64,000 nucleotides of DNA from assembly GCA_965197475.1 (NCBI GenBank), contig CBDANF010000003.1, forward strand, positions 1,536,001 through 1,600,000, read 5' to 3'. Under the pieces are notes generated by a model. That model saw only the letters and a program-made list of their open reading frames with translations, was not told the DNA's origin and did no database searches. Numbering within the stretch: the first letter of the stretch is position 1; each line of letters opens with the position of its first letter. Both the position numbers and the translations under genes were made by a program. This document shows positions 61,520 to 64,000 of this stretch, in pieces. The stretch is from Candidatus Poribacteria bacterium. GTDB taxonomy: Bacteria > Poribacteria > WGA-4E > WGA-3G.

Positions 61520-61614
61520 TAACAATCGCTTAACAATCGCTTAACAATCGCTTAACAATCGCTTAACAATCGCTTAACAATCGCTTAACAATCGCTTAAC
61601 AATCGCTTAACAAT
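61520..61614. repeat. 11-bp tandem repeat, 8 full copies plus a partial one
   Basis: (TAACAATCGCT)x8 + TAACAAT. Confidence 0.97.
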
Positions 61615-61869
61615 TAAAGCATTAAAAAGGAAGTTAATCAAGAAAAAGTAGAAAAGTGCTGTAAATGTAGATGGTTATTGACTTTTTCCTTGATTTAAAT
61701 GGTAAGAAATGGTATAATATAGGCAAGAAAATAGGGGGCGGACACCCCCTATTGAACCGAAAAAGCGGAGTTGCTTTTTCTAAGTTCTATCTTATCTATA
61801 TCATATTAAGATAGTATAGCACAATCTTTCAGAATAAAGCAACTCCTTTTGACATATAGGAGTATTCTG

Positions 61870-62751
61870 ATGGATTTAATCAAGGTTATGGAGAGATTCC
61901 CAGACCAGTCATCCTGTATTGAGTATCTTGAGAAGATACGATGGAAAGGTAAGCCTCATTGCCCACATTGTGGGATTACCGATGTTTTCAGGCGTAATGA
62001 GACGGCAACTGGTCGGATTGGTCGTTGGAATTGTAATGGTTGTAAGGCAACCTTCAAGGTTACTCAAGGCACAGTGTTTCACGGGGCTAAGATCGCACTT
62101 CAAAAGTGGTTTCTGGCTATTTCACTAATGGGAAACGCAAAGAAGAGCTTGTCCAGTTATCAGTTGAGTCGTGATTTAGACCTGAATCAGAAGACGGCTT
62201 GGTTTATGATGCAACGCATTCGTGCTGAAATGGCTACTAAAGGTCAAACTCTGCTGAAGGGTATTATTGAGGCAGATGAGACTTATATAGGGGGCAAACC
62301 TCGGAAAAAGAACAAGCGCGAGGACGATGAACCCGCCAAAAGAGGAAGGGGAACATCAAAATCCGCTATTCTTGGCGCAGTTGAGCGTGGAGGTAAGGTA
62401 GTAGCTAAACTTGCTGATGATTTAACGGGAAGGGGTATCCTGGCGTTTATTCGGGATGCTGTCAAAATAGATGAATCCGAACTGATAACCGATGAATATG
62501 CTGCTTACAATGAGATCGGAAAGCAGATAAAACATCGGGTTATCAATCACAAAGAACAGTTCGCTGATGGGGATACCCACACGAACACTATTGAAGGTTT
62601 TTGGGCGTTGTTGAAACGCGCATGGTATGGACAGCATCACCACTACTCTACTGGGTATATCCCGCTATATGTGGCTGAGGCTTGCTATAAATATAACTAC
62701 CGGAATGTGGATAGCATATTCTGGAAATTTGTTAATGAAAGTATGAGGTGA
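61870..62751 (+). CDS. Intact IS1595 transposase
   Basis: MDLIKVMERFPDQ, CPHC..CNGC, EADETY, TDE and HTNTIEGFW. Confidence 0.93.
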   Translation: MDLIKVMERFPDQSSCIEYLEKIRWKGKPHCPHCGITDVFRRNETATGRIGRWNCNGCKATFKVTQGTVFHGAKIALQKWFLAISLMGNAKKSLSSYQLSRDLDLNQKTAWFMMQRIRAEMATKGQTLLKGIIEADETYIGGKPRKKNKREDDEPAKRGRGTSKSAILGAVERGGKVVAKLADDLTGRGILAFIRDAVKIDESELITDEYAAYNEIGKQIKHRVINHKEQFADGDTHTNTIEGFWALLKRAWYGQHHHYSTGYIPLYVAEACYKYNYRNVDSIFWKFVNESMR

Positions 62752-62893
62752 AAAAATGACTAAAGAAAAACAAGTCTGCCAAGAATGTGGAAACAAAAAG
62801 GCCCGCCTACCTGTAAAAAAAAACAGATGGTAGACCTATTGAACCAATTAAAGCAATATGGAATGGAAGATTTAGGGAATATATCCGAAAAAA

Positions 62894-63477
62894 TTAAGTG
62901 TTCGTCCGAGCAACCCTAATCATATCGTCTAAAGTTTCTATTGATACTTTTAAATCTGAGATGATATTTTGTATATCAGTTTGGAGATTTGGTGGAATTG
63001 CACCGCTTTCAACGATCAAACAGCATTTACAAAGTGGTCGAATCTGTAAGGCACGGACATCTTTGGGGTTAATTTCTAATGCTGTTTCTACATAAGCGAG
63101 GGCATCAACAAAATTACCTGTTCTGAATTCATTGAGGCTAAGTCGGATTAACTCAGCTGCTTGTCTGGTGGATTTCATGGTTTTCTTCCCTATTTGTTGG
63201 CATGTTCGATTATAAACACGCCAAACTGATGTCGGATTTCTTTTGGCATTGAAGTGTCGAGGGTAGTCCACCCGAATTCTTGATTGGAAAGAACCCAATT
63301 TCTTAAATCTGAAGTGAGTGGATACAGGAAATGTTCGTTTTCAATAGCATTAACATACATTTTCCACATCTTTTTAGTATGTTCATCGCTTGATTGATCC
63401 ATCTTTTCTTTGTCAGCTCGAAGATGTGTTACCATAAAAAATACTACGATGATAACAAAGACACTGAAAATTATCAT
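62894..63477 (-). pseudogene. Membrane-anchored TPR cargo protein, probably one frameshifted gene
   Basis: ORF 63190-63477 (N-terminal TM helix) joins the TPR ORF if one C is added near 63200. Confidence 0.55.
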
Positions 63478-63732
63478 ATTGTACCCCTTAAATTGTAGGT
63501 TTGGTCATCCAGTAAATCCCAACTTCTCCACAAAAGAAGTGGGCATCCCTGGTGACCAAACCATAACACCTAACTTACATTAGATATGGGATACCCATAG
63601 TCCAATGGTGTTATAGTTTGGTCTGTTAAGAATTCTACAATTTTAAGAAGGGGAATGTCAAGTTAAAGGTGGGAATTTTGAAAAAAGTGGAGAAAAAAAT
63701 GAGAAATCTAATGTCCGAAACTACTTATTCCG

Positions 63733-64000
63733 TTGAAAAATGAGAAATTGCTCTCTGCGAAAGCGTTTGATAATCGTGTCGGTGTTGCACTTGTGATTGA
63801 CGCACTTTTGCGACTTGAAGAGCATCCGAATACCGTTATCGGGGCAGGGAGTGTGCAGGAAGAGATCGGATTGCGAGGCGCAAGGACAATGGTAGCAAGT
63901 GTGGAACCTGATCTCGCTATTGTACTTGAGGGACCGCCTGGAGATGATACACCAGGATTAAGCGTCGGATCAACACAAGGGAAACTTGGCAGCGGTGTAC
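63733..64000 (+). pseudogene. 3' half of an M42 (TET/FrvX) aminopeptidase truncated by the IS; runs off the window
   Basis: KAFDNRVG and VQEEIGLRGA motifs start directly at the IS end, with no start codon. Confidence 0.85.

Larger units (their letters stand above)
61241..63732 (+). mobile_element. IS1595-family element 3 with passenger genes
   Basis: 26-bp TIR CGGAATAAGTAGTTT(T/C)GGACAT(A/T)AGA; no TSD. Confidence 0.9.

Noticed and set aside
61520-61614. CRISPR array
   Set aside because: Contiguous 11-bp units with no spacers and no cas genes; this is a simple tandem repeat
62756-62897. Small CxxC ORF after the element 3 transposase
   Set aside because: It stops after 25 codons following an A9 run; too uncertain to call

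Overview
A 64-kb bacterial chromosomal window. It most likely comes from Candidatus Poribacteria or a relative; this is inferred from the LamG protein ending in VEPTDKLPIMWGKLK and from the abundance of PQQ-like propellers, NHL/TPR proteins and a sulfatase. Housekeeping genes (ndk, glnA-glnB with a sigma54 promoter and NtrC-type enhancer, dcd, glcF, larE, def, gatB) are interleaved with two type II restriction-modification loci, toxin-antitoxin remnants, an intact IS1, several MITE/REP families and a terminal cluster of three cargo-carrying IS1595 elements. The main signals are: (1) a GriC/GriD (EhpF/EhpG)-like carboxylate-reductase pair grouped with exported PQQ-type propellers and no recognisable core biosynthetic genes; (2) a hidden UxxC selenoprotein (Ig-like lipoprotein fused to an AhpC/TSA domain) with a SECIS-like hairpin; (3) promoter-driven structured RNAs and switchable leaders inside the IS1595 elements, one of them conserved between two copies; (4) a PIN toxin, disrupted by a MITE, coupled to a doubled antitoxin fused to TPR repeats; (5) tandem paralogous BsaWI-like endonucleases sharing one methyltransferase. 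Several one-base frameshifts lie in base runs and may be assembly errors. No rRNA, tRNA or CRISPR array was seen. All family calls come from reading motifs by eye, not from database searches.
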